A stretch of DNA of 64,000 bases from the NCBI GenBank assembly GCA_000004695.1, contig CM000151.3:4064001-4128000 (forward strand). The letters run 5' to 3'. This DNA comes from Dictyostelium discoideum. Taxonomy: Eukaryota. Of the stretch, positions 39,625 to 49,291 are shown in pieces. The notes under the pieces were generated by a model. It saw only the letters and a list, made by a program, of their open reading frames with translations, searched no databases and was not told where the DNA came from. A program made the translations under genes and the position numbers. Each line of letters opens with the position of its first letter. Within the stretch, counting starts at the first letter, position 1.

Positions 39625-41085
39625 TTGAACAACTATTGCGAAGAAACCTCACTCAAGTACATCTCCGCGAGAATCAAGAAAAGACACAATGATTTCACCA
39701 TCAACGCAGTAAAAGATGCACAAGGTAGAACAATCAACAAACAGGAATTGATCGAAGAAGAATACGTAAAATATTACTCAAATCTTTATGACTACAAAGA
39801 AGATGACGCACCATCTCATTATGAAATGTTGGAAAATTGGACAGTGACCAGGGACTCAACATGGGACAACCTTGAAAATGAATTCACAACACAAGAGATC
39901 CTAGAAGTAATAAAACAATTGAACCCACACAAATCTCCAGGCCCAGATGGAATTCCAAACTTATTCTACATAACACACAAAGAAAAACTAGCTCCAATAC
40001 TGGCCTCAGCATTCAACGACACTCTAAGAAATCCTCATCTAATTAGCAAAAATTACAAAGAAGGCCTCATTATCACGATACCTAAAAAGGGAGACCCCGA
40101 ACTAATCAAAAACAGAAGACCAATTACACTGGCTAACTGTATATATAAAATCCACTCAAAACTAATAAACAATAGAATAATCCCAATACTAACGAAAGTG
40201 ATCAACCACAATCAAAAAGGTTTCGTACCAGGCAGATTCATTATAGATAATATCATATCAATGAACGAATTAATCAACTATTGTAATGATAAAAGAATTA
40301 ACGGAATAATTACACTATATGATTTCGAAAAAGCTTTTGACTCGATTTCACACGGTTCAATACTCAGATCACTACAACACATCAACATTCCAACCAATAT
40401 AATCAACCTGATAATGAATCTACTCACCAAATCTGAAGCAAGAATTGAAATTAATGGTAGAACTACTATACCCTTTGAGATCAAAAGAGGAGTCAAACAA
40501 GGAGATCCACTATCACCCACCCTGTTCGTCCTTGTAATAGAGGCTTTAGCTAGAAAAATTTTACAAGATGACCGAATTACTGGCCTTCCTCTAAACAACA
40601 GCGACCACAGAGAGAAATTCCAAAGCTTTGCAGACGACTCGGCTTCAATGGTCCCAGACTCTCAACAACTTGAATTAGTACTACAACACTTCAATTCATT
40701 TTGCAAAGCCACTTCCTCAAAACTAAACATCGACAAATCTTCATCAATTCTTATAGGCAACCCAGACAATACCAACCAAAGAATACCAATATCTACAAAT
40801 CCAGAAAGATACTTGGGATACTTCTTCACAGGCAAAGGGATAACAAGAAAAATACCAGAAATATTAAACACAATAAGATCATCCTTAGTACTATGGAAAA
40901 CCACTGACTCAACAATCAAAACCAAAACCAACATCCTCAAAGCATTCGCACTCTCTAAATTAACCTACTATTCATATGTAGAGAACTTTAAGGAAGAGGA
41001 ATTAAACCAAATCAATAAATTAGTCGAATGGTTTTTATCGGCACCAAACACAAAAATGCTAGTGGATTTCAAGTTATTAATTTAA
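39625..41085 (+). CDS. Non-LTR retrotransposon ORF2 fragment: reverse transcriptase domain
   Basis: RT motifs are present: ...SPGPDGIPNLF..., RPITLANCIYKIHSKLINNRI, YDFEKAFDSISH, KRGVKQGDPLSPTLFVLVIEAL, FQSFADDSASMV. There is no endonuclease domain upstream. It overlaps ORF 41028 out of frame. Confidence 0.7.
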   Translation: MNNYCEETSLKYISARIKKRHNDFTINAVKDAQGRTINKQELIEEEYVKYYSNLYDYKEDDAPSHYEMLENWTVTRDSTWDNLENEFTTQEILEVIKQLNPHKSPGPDGIPNLFYITHKEKLAPILASAFNDTLRNPHLISKNYKEGLIITIPKKGDPELIKNRRPITLANCIYKIHSKLINNRIIPILTKVINHNQKGFVPGRFIIDNIISMNELINYCNDKRINGIITLYDFEKAFDSISHGSILRSLQHINIPTNIINLIMNLLTKSEARIEINGRTTIPFEIKRGVKQGDPLSPTLFVLVIEALARKILQDDRITGLPLNNSDHREKFQSFADDSASMVPDSQQLELVLQHFNSFCKATSSKLNIDKSSSILIGNPDNTNQRIPISTNPERYLGYFFTGKGITRKIPEILNTIRSSLVLWKTTDSTIKTKTNILKAFALSKLTYYSYVENFKEEELNQINKLVEWFLSAPNTKMLVDFKLLI

Positions 41086-42209
41086 TGAGAACCAAAGAAG
41101 CAGATACCACTAAAGTAGGGGGCTGGAACATTTGGAATATAGAATTGAGACAACTGGCGCAGAAACTTTGGATCATAAACCAGTTCATCCTAGCACTAGA
41201 AACCAAACAAACAAACTCATCTCATCACAAAAGCTGGGAATATCAGATCCAAAAAAACAAATTCACATCCAGATACCTAAAAGAAAACTTAGATGAATGG
41301 AACAAAATAAGAATAAAAAAAGCAATCTTCAACAATAATCTCACATCCATAAAAAACGAAAATGGACAACCACTTTCACTGGCAGAATGGTATACCACAA
41401 TTCAAGACCAAAATCCAACCATCCCTAAAACGGAATTCCAATCATCTCTAAACTTAAGAGGCTACAGCTATAATCAACTCTTCAACAACATACTGAAGAT
41501 AAAAGACCCTAAAACAAGAGACACAATGTTTAGATTCCATGCCAGATGCCTTCCAATAAACTACCTTCACAACAAACAATGCCCACTCTGCAAAGAAGAT
41601 ATGAGCAAAGACCCATACGGTCACCTGTTCTTCTCATGCAAGAAAACAAAACAATTCATAAAAATAAATAAACTCAAAAATTTCATCTATATTACCACAG
41701 GCAAAGGTAAAAACTGGCACCATACAAGAATTAGGCAAAATAACAATTTCATTAATAGAATAACTCCAAAATTATCACCGACAGCCAAAAAAGATCAAGA
41801 AGTGAATGCAGATTACGCCAACCACAGATTCCACAAAGAATACTTTGAATGGAACTATAAAGCAATAGACTATGATCTAACCAGATCATTCGCATATAGA
41901 AACCTAATGGCCCTTATCCTCCACAACATTTGGATTTGGATTTGCAATCAAATATACAGTGAAGATCCTTTAACAGATGAATCACTATCATACAGCTCCC
42001 TTCTAAAGAAATGGCACAAATTGGCCACTCTAGAATACATCAAAAAAGCAAAAGATCTGAAAAACTTATCAGCAAAAGACCATAATAACTTCAAAGATCC
42101 TAAGATCCTTCTCACTTCAACGATCAAGCTAAGAAAAACAACAGCTAATTACTATTGTATTCCAGAATCATCTCTCCCAAATATTATATCTTTTGATCAA
42201 TTCATATGA
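41028..42209 (+). CDS. Retrotransposon ORF2 C-terminal cysteine/histidine-rich (zinc-finger-like) domain, separated from RT by a frameshift
   Basis: Motif RFHARCLPINYLHNKQCPLCKEDMSKDPYGHLFFSCKKT. Related domains recur in the minus-strand copies at 42680..43393 and 44028..44669. Confidence 0.55.
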   Translation: MVFIGTKHKNASGFQVINLMRTKEADTTKVGGWNIWNIELRQLAQKLWIINQFILALETKQTNSSHHKSWEYQIQKNKFTSRYLKENLDEWNKIRIKKAIFNNNLTSIKNENGQPLSLAEWYTTIQDQNPTIPKTEFQSSLNLRGYSYNQLFNNILKIKDPKTRDTMFRFHARCLPINYLHNKQCPLCKEDMSKDPYGHLFFSCKKTKQFIKINKLKNFIYITTGKGKNWHHTRIRQNNNFINRITPKLSPTAKKDQEVNADYANHRFHKEYFEWNYKAIDYDLTRSFAYRNLMALILHNIWIWICNQIYSEDPLTDESLSYSSLLKKWHKLATLEYIKKAKDLKNLSAKDHNNFKDPKILLTSTIKLRKTTANYYCIPESSLPNIISFDQFI

Positions 42210-42306
42210 TTAAAATAACCCTTCAGCTTAAATGATAAGCCTTTAAATAAATATTAAATAAAACTCGTATTAACACAGATGGACATATATCAATCTTGTT
42301 AATCCA

Positions 42307-42352
<46 letters not shown>

Positions 42353-42354
<2 letters not shown>

Positions 42355-42640
42355 ATTCCTTGAAAAAGATCCATAGTCGTCTCTTCTTTTATTTTAAGAA
42401 AATATTAGAATTAATAGAACCTCATGGATTGAAAAACCTGATATTCATTGAAAAGAATATAGTATTCCACAATCAGTGCTTCCAAATCTTATCTGCTTGA
42501 TCAATTCATCTAATTAAATACAATTTTATTATTTGTATAATTTGGTTTATTTGATTTATTTGATTTATTTGATTTATTTGATTTATTTGATTTCATTTTT
42601 TATTAAATACCAACATATATAAAAACAGTATACCTTAAAA
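42353..42640 (+). mobile_element. Short TRE3-like fragment (5'-terminal ~30 bp fused to 3' UTR-like sequence with (TTTGATTTA)n) directly abutting the previous copy's poly(A)
   Basis: The element 5' sequence repeats at 42353. Downstream, 'gtattccacaatcag...gatcaattcat..' resembles 42130..42230 of the full copy. Confidence 0.35.
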
Positions 42641-42679
42641 AATGATAACCTCACTATATTTAAACGGTGCTACTGTAGG

Positions 42680-43393
42680 TTATTTCATCCCGATGCAATT
42701 TTTATATATAAAATATTTTAATTTGTCGTGGTTTATGAAGTTGATTGTGTGCTGACAATTGAAAAACAAATGACCATAGGGATCATTATTCATTTCATTG
42801 TTGCAAATGGGGTAAACTTTGTTGTGTAGATGATTAATCTGAAGACATCTAGCATGGAATCTTTGCATTGTATCACGGCCTTTTGGATCTTTTAATTTTT
42901 GAATTTTGACAAATAGTTGGTCGTATGTGTATTTCCATAATAGTTGTATTGATTGTTGGTGCGAAGTAAGAAGTAAATCTGAATATTTCTTACCAATATA
43001 GTCTTTTGATTTGCATTGGTGATTGTTGAGTATTGTCAAGTAGATTTCTTTGAGTGTTGGTGGTAGTGGAATATTATTAGTGGTTAATGTTTGAGAGGTT
43101 TGATTTTTTATTAATATTGGTTGTAGGATTTGAACTTTATCTTTTAGATGTCCAATTTGAGTTGCATAGTTTTCCCATTCTTTTTTGATTTTTATAAGGT
43201 ATGGAGAAGAGATTGATTTGTTGATGATTTGATCCATCCAACTTATCATGTATATTGAATTGTTTGCAGATTTATGCATTTGTAAAAATCTGTTGTATAT
43301 CCAAATCTTTTGAGCAACTTGTCGTAATTGTATATTCCACATACCCCAACCACCTTCTTTTAATGGTTTTAATGATCTATCATAACACATCAA
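42680..43393 (-). CDS. Retrotransposon ORF2 C-terminal Zn-finger domain fragment (copy A)
   Basis: ...KDPKGRDTMQRFHARCLQINHLHNKVYPICNNEMNNDPYGHLFFNCQHTINFINHDKLKYFIYKNC... Confidence 0.45.
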   Translation of the reverse strand: MMCYDRSLKPLKEGGWGMWNIQLRQVAQKIWIYNRFLQMHKSANNSIYMISWMDQIINKSISSPYLIKIKKEWENYATQIGHLKDKVQILQPILIKNQTSQTLTTNNIPLPPTLKEIYLTILNNHQCKSKDYIGKKYSDLLLTSHQQSIQLLWKYTYDQLFVKIQKLKDPKGRDTMQRFHARCLQINHLHNKVYPICNNEMNNDPYGHLFFNCQHTINFINHDKLKYFIYKNCIGMK

Positions 43394-44027
43394 AGGTATT
43401 TTTGCACGAGAATGGATGGTTGATGTGTTGTTTTCAATGGAATTGGTATTGAGAGTTGGTGATTCAGAATTTGCGGGAGAATTCTTAAACCATGAGATTA
43501 ATTTATTAATTTGAATTTCTTCATCTTTTGTAAATTCTTCAAGATATGATAAATATGTTATTGGTGATAGTGAGTAGGTGTTTATGATGGTTGTTTTGTT
43601 TTTAATGTTGTGCCACTAGTTTTCCATAGTACTAATGATTTATTCAGTGTTTTCATTGTTTCTGGTAATTTCCTATGTAAACCATTATGATTAAAGAAAT
43701 AGCCTAGGACTCTTTCTGATTGATCTTTTTTGGTTATTGGTATTCTTTTTGATTGTGGAATATTGTTTATTATGTGTTTATCAGTGATTTTGTGGGGGTT
43801 GATTTCTATTATTGCACTTTTGTCAAAATTTAATGATGATGATGTTGAAGCACAGAAATTATCGAAATGTTTGATTGATTGTTGTTGTTGTTCGTAGAAT
43901 TTTTTTTTTTTTTTTTTGATATAAATAAACTATTGTAGTATACAATTAGTATGTTATTTTTATTTATTTATTTTGGGTTTTTTAGTTTTTGTGAATTTAA
44001 AATGGTATGTTATTTTAGATTAGGTAA

Positions 44028-44669
44028 TTAATAATTAATTGGTGGTGTAATTGTTGGAATTGGTTCATTTGTGTTTATGCTCCATTCTTTTTTAAATTTT
44101 TTGATGGTTTCAGACCATTGGGTTTCTTTTTGAGTTTTTGTGAAGTTGTTTTTAATTGAGTATTGGTTAAAGTTTGATAACGTTCTTGAATATTCCAATC
44201 TTATTAGCTTGTGCCATTTTGATTTTAATATATCATAATCTAGTGTTGTGTTGTTTATTTGGTTGTTCCAATTGTCAATTGATTGAGTTATATTGATGTC
44301 AAATAATGATTTGCATAACCATATCCATATTTGGTGAATAACTAATGAGATTATGTTCCAATATGCATGTGTTCTGACTAGATCAAGATTTGTGTTTATA
44401 TAATTCCAGTTGAACCTGTATTTTTTATATTGTGCGTTTTCTGCAAAATGAAAATTAATATTGATAGTTGGATCTGGTTTAAATGCTTTGTTGTTTGTTT
44501 GTGGTTTATAAATGAGTGTGTATAATTTTGTTGTTCGGTTTTTTGTTAGTGACCAGTTTTTGTTTCCATTGCAATTTTTATATATAAAATATTTTAATTT
44601 GTCGTGGTTTATGAAGTTGATTGTGTGTTGACAATTGAAAAACAAATGACCATAGGGATCATTATTCAT
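44028..44669 (-). CDS. Retrotransposon ORF2 C-terminal domain fragment (copy B)
   Basis: MNNDPYGHLFFNCQHTINFINHDKLKYFIYKNC..., near-identical to copy A at the shared region. Confidence 0.45.
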   Translation of the reverse strand: MNNDPYGHLFFNCQHTINFINHDKLKYFIYKNCNGNKNWSLTKNRTTKLYTLIYKPQTNNKAFKPDPTININFHFAENAQYKKYRFNWNYINTNLDLVRTHAYWNIISLVIHQIWIWLCKSLFDINITQSIDNWNNQINNTTLDYDILKSKWHKLIRLEYSRTLSNFNQYSIKNNFTKTQKETQWSETIKKFKKEWSINTNEPIPTITPPINY

Positions 44670-44766
44670 TTCATTGTTGCAAATGGGGCAAACTTGTTGT
44701 GTAGATGATTAATCGGAAGACATCTAGCATGGAATCTTTGCATTGTATCACGGCCTTTTGGATCTT

Positions 44767-45042
44767 TTAATTTTTGAATTTTGACAAAAAGTTGGTCGTA
44801 TGTGTATTTCCATAATAGTTGTATTGATTGTTGGTGCGAAGTAACGATGGAGGTGCAATGATATCTAATTGATTATCAAGTCCTTTGTTAAGTGAGAGTT
44901 GGTTTGTTGGGGTTTGTTTTTTAGGTGTGTCGATTTTTGCACTTTTGTTTTTTGTTGTTGAGGTTGTGGAGGTATTATTTGTATTGGTTGTGTTGTTATC
45001 TGTATGATTTAACTGTAATTCAGTTGAGTGATCATCAGCCAT
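44767..45042 (-). CDS. Retroelement ORF1-like N-terminal fragment (MADDHSTELQL...), fused downstream to ORF2 C-terminal sequence
   Basis: Small ORF at the tRNA-proximal end of the minus-strand element. Its C-terminus continues into sequence homologous to KDPKGRDTMQRFHARCL, implying a large internal deletion. Confidence 0.3.
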   Translation of the reverse strand: MADDHSTELQLNHTDNNTTNTNNTSTTSTTKNKSAKIDTPKKQTPTNQLSLNKGLDNQLDIIAPPSLLRTNNQYNYYGNTHTTNFLSKFKN

Positions 45043-45227
45043 TGTTGAAAAGTATACAGGACGATAGCCCTTGCTTTATTGAGCAAAAATAGGGTAAAAT
45101 TAAGAGGAATGAATGTGGCGGTGAAGATATAACAGTGATTTATTTATTATATGTATAAATTCTCGTTTATTTCTTTGTTTCGTTTCTTTCTAAACCTTTT
45201 TCCACTAATTTTTTAACATTCGTAGAA

Positions 45228-45239
45228 CAGAATCGAACC
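45228..45239 (-). promoter_or_regulatory. Ex-B box (GGTTCGATTCTG on the minus strand) ~31 bp downstream of tRNA-Gly
   Basis: Plus-strand 'cagaatcgaacc'. It has the same spacing as the ex-B of tRNA-Leu. Confidence 0.4.
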
Positions 45240-45269
45240 TATGATCATTCTATTTTTATAAAAATTTTG

Positions 45270-45340
45270 TGCGTATGCTGGGAATCGAACCCAGTTCGCA
45301 TCCGTGGCAGGGATGCATCATACCACTAGACCACATACGC
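45270..45340 (-). tRNA. tRNA-Gly (anticodon GCC), 71 nt
   Basis: Minus strand: GCGTATGTGGTCTAGTGGTATGATGCATCCCTGCCACGGATGCGAACTGGGTTCGATTCCCAGCATACGCA. It has a canonical cloverleaf, anticodon loop CTGCCAC, and T-loop GGTTCGATTCC. Confidence 0.8.
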
Positions 45341-45587
45341 TTTTTTATATTTTTCTTAAAAAATAAGAAAATAAAAATTCGAAATTTTTAAATTTAAAAA
45401 ATTTTTTTTTTTTATTAATTTATATTTAAAAAATAACAAATCAAATAAAAAAAGTATTATAAATTATATTAATTTCAATAAAAAATTAATTAGTTATAAA
45501 ATTAAAAGTATTGGTAAACAAAAATGTGGGACAAAAAAAAAAATTAAAAATTAAAAAAGCATTTCATTTTTTGTAAAACATAAAAAA

Positions 45588-46088
45588 ATGAGTAACACTG
45601 AAACTACACCCACCAAAACAAAAAGCAGCAGTAGTAATAATAATAGTATTAGTAGTAGTAGTAGTAGTAATGTAGTAAGCAAAAAGCAAATACCATCACC
45701 AAACGTAGAGTTATTAGAGAAATTAGCAGCAACATCTATTCCCATCGCTTTACCACCTTCATATAAACCTGAAGCTAAATATGAAAAATATGTCAACCAA
45801 TTAGTAGGTAAATTTATTATGTCTGCTGCAATGTTTTCAAAAGATTTTTCAACTCCTAAAATAAAAAATATAGTGTAACTATTAAATAAAATAAAATAAA
45901 ATAAATAATAGTAAATAAAATAAAATAAATAATTAATTAAAATTTACAAATTTTATCATTTATTAGATTAGCACAAAAAGGTTTATTAATAAAAGTAAAT
46001 GAAGCAATTCAAATTATAGATGGAATAAATAAAGGAACTTTACATCAAGAATTAATTAGTATATCAGGTTCAAAATGTAACTATTATT

Positions 46089-46119
<31 letters not shown>

Positions 46120-46364
46120 TTATTATAACTCACATACACACACGCATACACAAATATATATATTAATATCGTAATTATTTAGATATTATTACTACAGTTA
46201 AACCAAGAAGTTATTATGGATTAAATACAAATTTAAATGTTGGTGGTGGTATTATAATAGTTTCATTAGAGAAATATATTTTAGTTTCATTATATCCTGC
46301 TTCAATTTTACCCACTGAATCAATACCATATGTTGAAAATTATGTTATAAATACAATTTTATAA
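45588..46364 (+). CDS. Tentative small 3-exon gene (hypothetical protein; weak roadblock/longin-like resemblance in the last exon)
   Basis: ORF 45588 (...EKLAATSIPIALPPSYKPEAKYEKYVNQLV) ends with donor G|GTAAAT at 45808. Acceptor attag|CACAAAAAGG (45972) opens AQKGLLIKVNEAIQIIDGINKGTLHQELISIS..., with donor at 46068 or 46077. Acceptor atttag|ATATT (46183) opens (D/Y)IITTVKPRSYYGLNTNLNVGGGIIIVSLEKYILVSLYPASILPTESIPYVENYVINTIL* (stop 46362..46364). Phases are consistent but the internal junction is ambiguous. Confidence 0.3.
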
Positions 46365-46398
46365 ATCAATGTGAAAATCAAAATCAAAAAAAGTTTTA

Positions 46399-46429
<31 letters not shown>

Positions 46430-46566
46430 TAAACACACAAAATTTGTAAATATATATAGGTATAGATAGGTAGATATAGATTAAATGGATACCATGAGGA
46501 ATTTTTGACAATAAAAAAAAAAAAAACATTTTTATTTTATTTATATAATTATTTTATTTTATTTAT

Positions 46567-46885
46567 TTATTTATTCCAATCAGAGATTAATCTTCTTTCA
46601 AAATTTTTAGATATATCATTTTGTTCAATTGTAAATAAATTTTTTGCAAAAATTGATTGAGTTGGTTGAGGTGATGATAAAAAAGGATTATTATTATTTT
46701 TTATATTATTATTATTCTTATTTTTGTTGTTATTATTGTTTGCTAATAATTTATTTGGTATCCAAATCATCATCCAAATAATACAAATTAAAAACACTAT
46801 TGTTTTATAAGACATTGTTGAAACAAAACTATCTAAAACTTCTGATAATATCTCTGCAAGTATTTTTGATCTAAACAGTTATAGA

Positions 46886-46921
<36 letters not shown>

Positions 46922-47375
46922 ATTAGTTATTATTAATAAATTGAAAAAAAAAAAAAGAATTTATATATATATATTTATAATTACTTTGGTAAAGTTGAAG
47001 GATCTTTTGCAATACATAATTCCCATTCAGTACATTGTTGTTCCATTGCAGGTATTCTAGTAAGTGGTGAACATCTATTTTCACTATATAATTTTGAACA
47101 TTTTTCAAGTTGTTTGGTCAATTCTGCAGAGTATTGTTTATATTTGAAATTTACATCATGTAATATACTATTAAATGTAATGTAAATAGCAAAAAATAAA
47201 ATACAAATTAATAGAAATCTAACTATTAAATATAAATATCCTTCTAAAACTTCTGATAATTTGTATGAATTGCTTTGATTTGTAAAATTATCATTATTAT
47301 TATATAATTGATGGTGTTGTTGTTGTTGATGATGATTATTAAATAAAATTGGTGGTGATAACATTGGTGAATAAC

Positions 47376-47415
<40 letters not shown>

Positions 47416-47655
47416 GCTATTCTTTAAACCATATCTTTGAAACCATGGTTTCTTTTGCAATGCTATTTGTTGATTATGAGGATGATGACCATGTCCTGCT
47501 ATACTTGCAGAACTCTTTTTCACCTTTTTTTCATTATTTATATTTTGTTGTTGTTGTTGTTGATGATTATATTTGAAATCATCAATTGTTACTTTATTTA
47601 CAATATCATTTATATCTTTTTCTTTTTCATTTTCTTTTTCATTATTTACATTTAT

Positions 47656-47686
<31 letters not shown>

Positions 47687-48042
47687 GGTAGTGGTGGTGT
47701 ATTATTATTACTACTATTATTATTATTATCTGGTGGTGTTATTATATTATTATTTGTTTGTATATTTTTAATTTGAATTTCATCAATTGACATTTTTTCA
47801 ATTGTATCTTGTGTAATTATATTTAAATTTGGTTTAAATAAAGATGGTGTCAAGGTTGGTGGTGTATATATTTTATGATCTGGATCCCATTCCATCTCGA
47901 AATCTAATGGTGTTTCATCTTTTTCATAAAGTTTTTTTTTCCTATAAAATACACTATGATCTGTTAATGAGGGTATCTTTTTTTCATTATTACTCCCATT
48001 GAGTTCTGTCATCTCTTTTTGATTTTTTTCATTAACAAACAA
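46567..48042 (-). CDS. Brl1/Brr6-like nuclear-envelope integral membrane protein (~453 aa); 2 exons complement(join(46567..46870, 46985..48042))
   Basis: Exon 1 ORF 46981..48042 has a Q/N-rich N-terminus and TM1 (LYLIVRFLLICILFFAIYITF). The lumenal Cys domain CSKLYSENRCSPLTRIPAMEQQCTEWELC fits the Brr6/Brl1 pattern Cx3Yx2NxCx..Px..CxxWxxC. Donor AA|GTAATT, acceptor ctgtttag|. Exon 2 (K)SKILAEILSEVLDSFVSTMSYKTIVFLICIIWMMIWIP... provides TM2 and continues into ORF 46567..46815. Confidence 0.6.
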
Positions 48043-48334
48043 TGAGAGATGGCAGCATTCGACGAAAATATAAAAAAAAATAAAAAATTTTCAAAAAAAT
48101 GGGGTAATACTGAGAATTCAAATTCAAAAAAAAAAAAATAAAAAAATAAAAAAAAAAATAAAAAAATAAAAAAAAAAAAAAAAAAAAAAAAAGTAAAATT
48201 CATTTACAAAATTTTGACAAACAAACGAACAAATAGATAGAGAAATAAATTAATAAATACATAAAATAAATAAACAAGCAGTATTAAATATGCACATTTA
48301 TTAAATTCAAAATTCAAAATTCAAATAAAAAGTT

Positions 48335-48365
<31 letters not shown>

Positions 48366-48419
48366 GAATTTGTTTTTTTTTTTTTTTTATTTTATTTTAT
48401 TTGTGTATATGTAATATAT

Positions 48420-48927
48420 ATGGGGGAAAATTCTATTTTTAGAGACAAATATTTAAATTCAAAGAAAAATAGTTCTGGTTTTAGTTTTTTAAATAAACCA
48501 GTAAATGATAATCCTTTTGTTAGGAATGAATCGGCCAATCCATTTGGAAATGGTGCAATTAATCAATCACCTCTAAATCCTTTCAAAAAAGCTTCACCTT
48601 TTAAACAACAACAGCCACAACCAATACAAAGGCAACAACAACAGCAACAACAACAACAGCAACAGCAACAGCAACCACAACAACAGCAACAACAACAACC
48701 ATTTCAACCATTTCAGTATCAGTCACCAAAAAAGATACAAAATCCAAATGTACCCATTTCTTTACCTCAACCTATAAATAATAATAGCACAACAACAACC
48801 ACCACATCAAATACACCATACAAATCGCCACAAACAATACAACAACAGCAGCAACAACAACAACAAAATGTAAATAATATAAAAAACACATCACCTTATC
48901 GACAACAAACAGAACAGCAACAGAGTG

Positions 48928-49024
<97 letters not shown>

Positions 49025-49197
49025 TAACAATAATATTAATAACCCAATCGAAATTGAACTTGATGACTTTGAACTTTCATTTTCTGATGACATTTTAAAT
49101 AAAAATAGTGGTGAATCCTCTTCTGCTCCTAAGGATATGGAAGTAGACTCTTCAAATAGTAGTAGCAGTGGTACTACCAACGTTAATAATAATAGTA

Positions 49198-49291
<94 letters not shown>

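Larger units (their letters stand above)
39556..42352 (+). mobile_element. TRE3-like non-LTR retrotransposon copy (~2.8 kb, lacks APE domain, ends in oligo(A) 42311..42352) inserted ~118 bp downstream of tRNA-Leu
   Basis: Carries an RT ORF and a C-terminal cysteine-rich ORF, with a poly(A) tail. Its 5'-terminal 30 bp (aaaattattccttgaaaaagatccatagtc) recurs immediately after the tail at 42353, marking element boundaries. Its position ~100 bp downstream of a tRNA gene is the TRE3 signature. Confidence 0.6.
42640..45170 (-). mobile_element. Rearranged, tandemly reiterated fragments of a related tRNA-targeted retroelement (TRE3-like, minus strand), 5' end about 100 bp downstream of the minus-strand tRNA-Gly
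   Basis: ORF1-like N-terminus (44767..45042) fused to ORF2 C-terminal Zn-finger domains (44028..44669; second copy 42680..43393). A ~120-bp segment is duplicated at 42690..42810 and 44565..44690. The protein is ~60% identical to the plus-strand copy's Zn-finger domain (RFHARCLQINHLHNKVYPICNNEMNNDPYGHLFFNCQHT). Confidence 0.5.

Noticed and set aside
41028-41085. Programmed ribosomal frameshift joining RT and Zn-finger ORFs of the TRE3-like element
   Set aside because: No slippery heptamer or pseudoknot is evident in the 58-nt overlap. A simple indel in a decayed copy is the more economical explanation.
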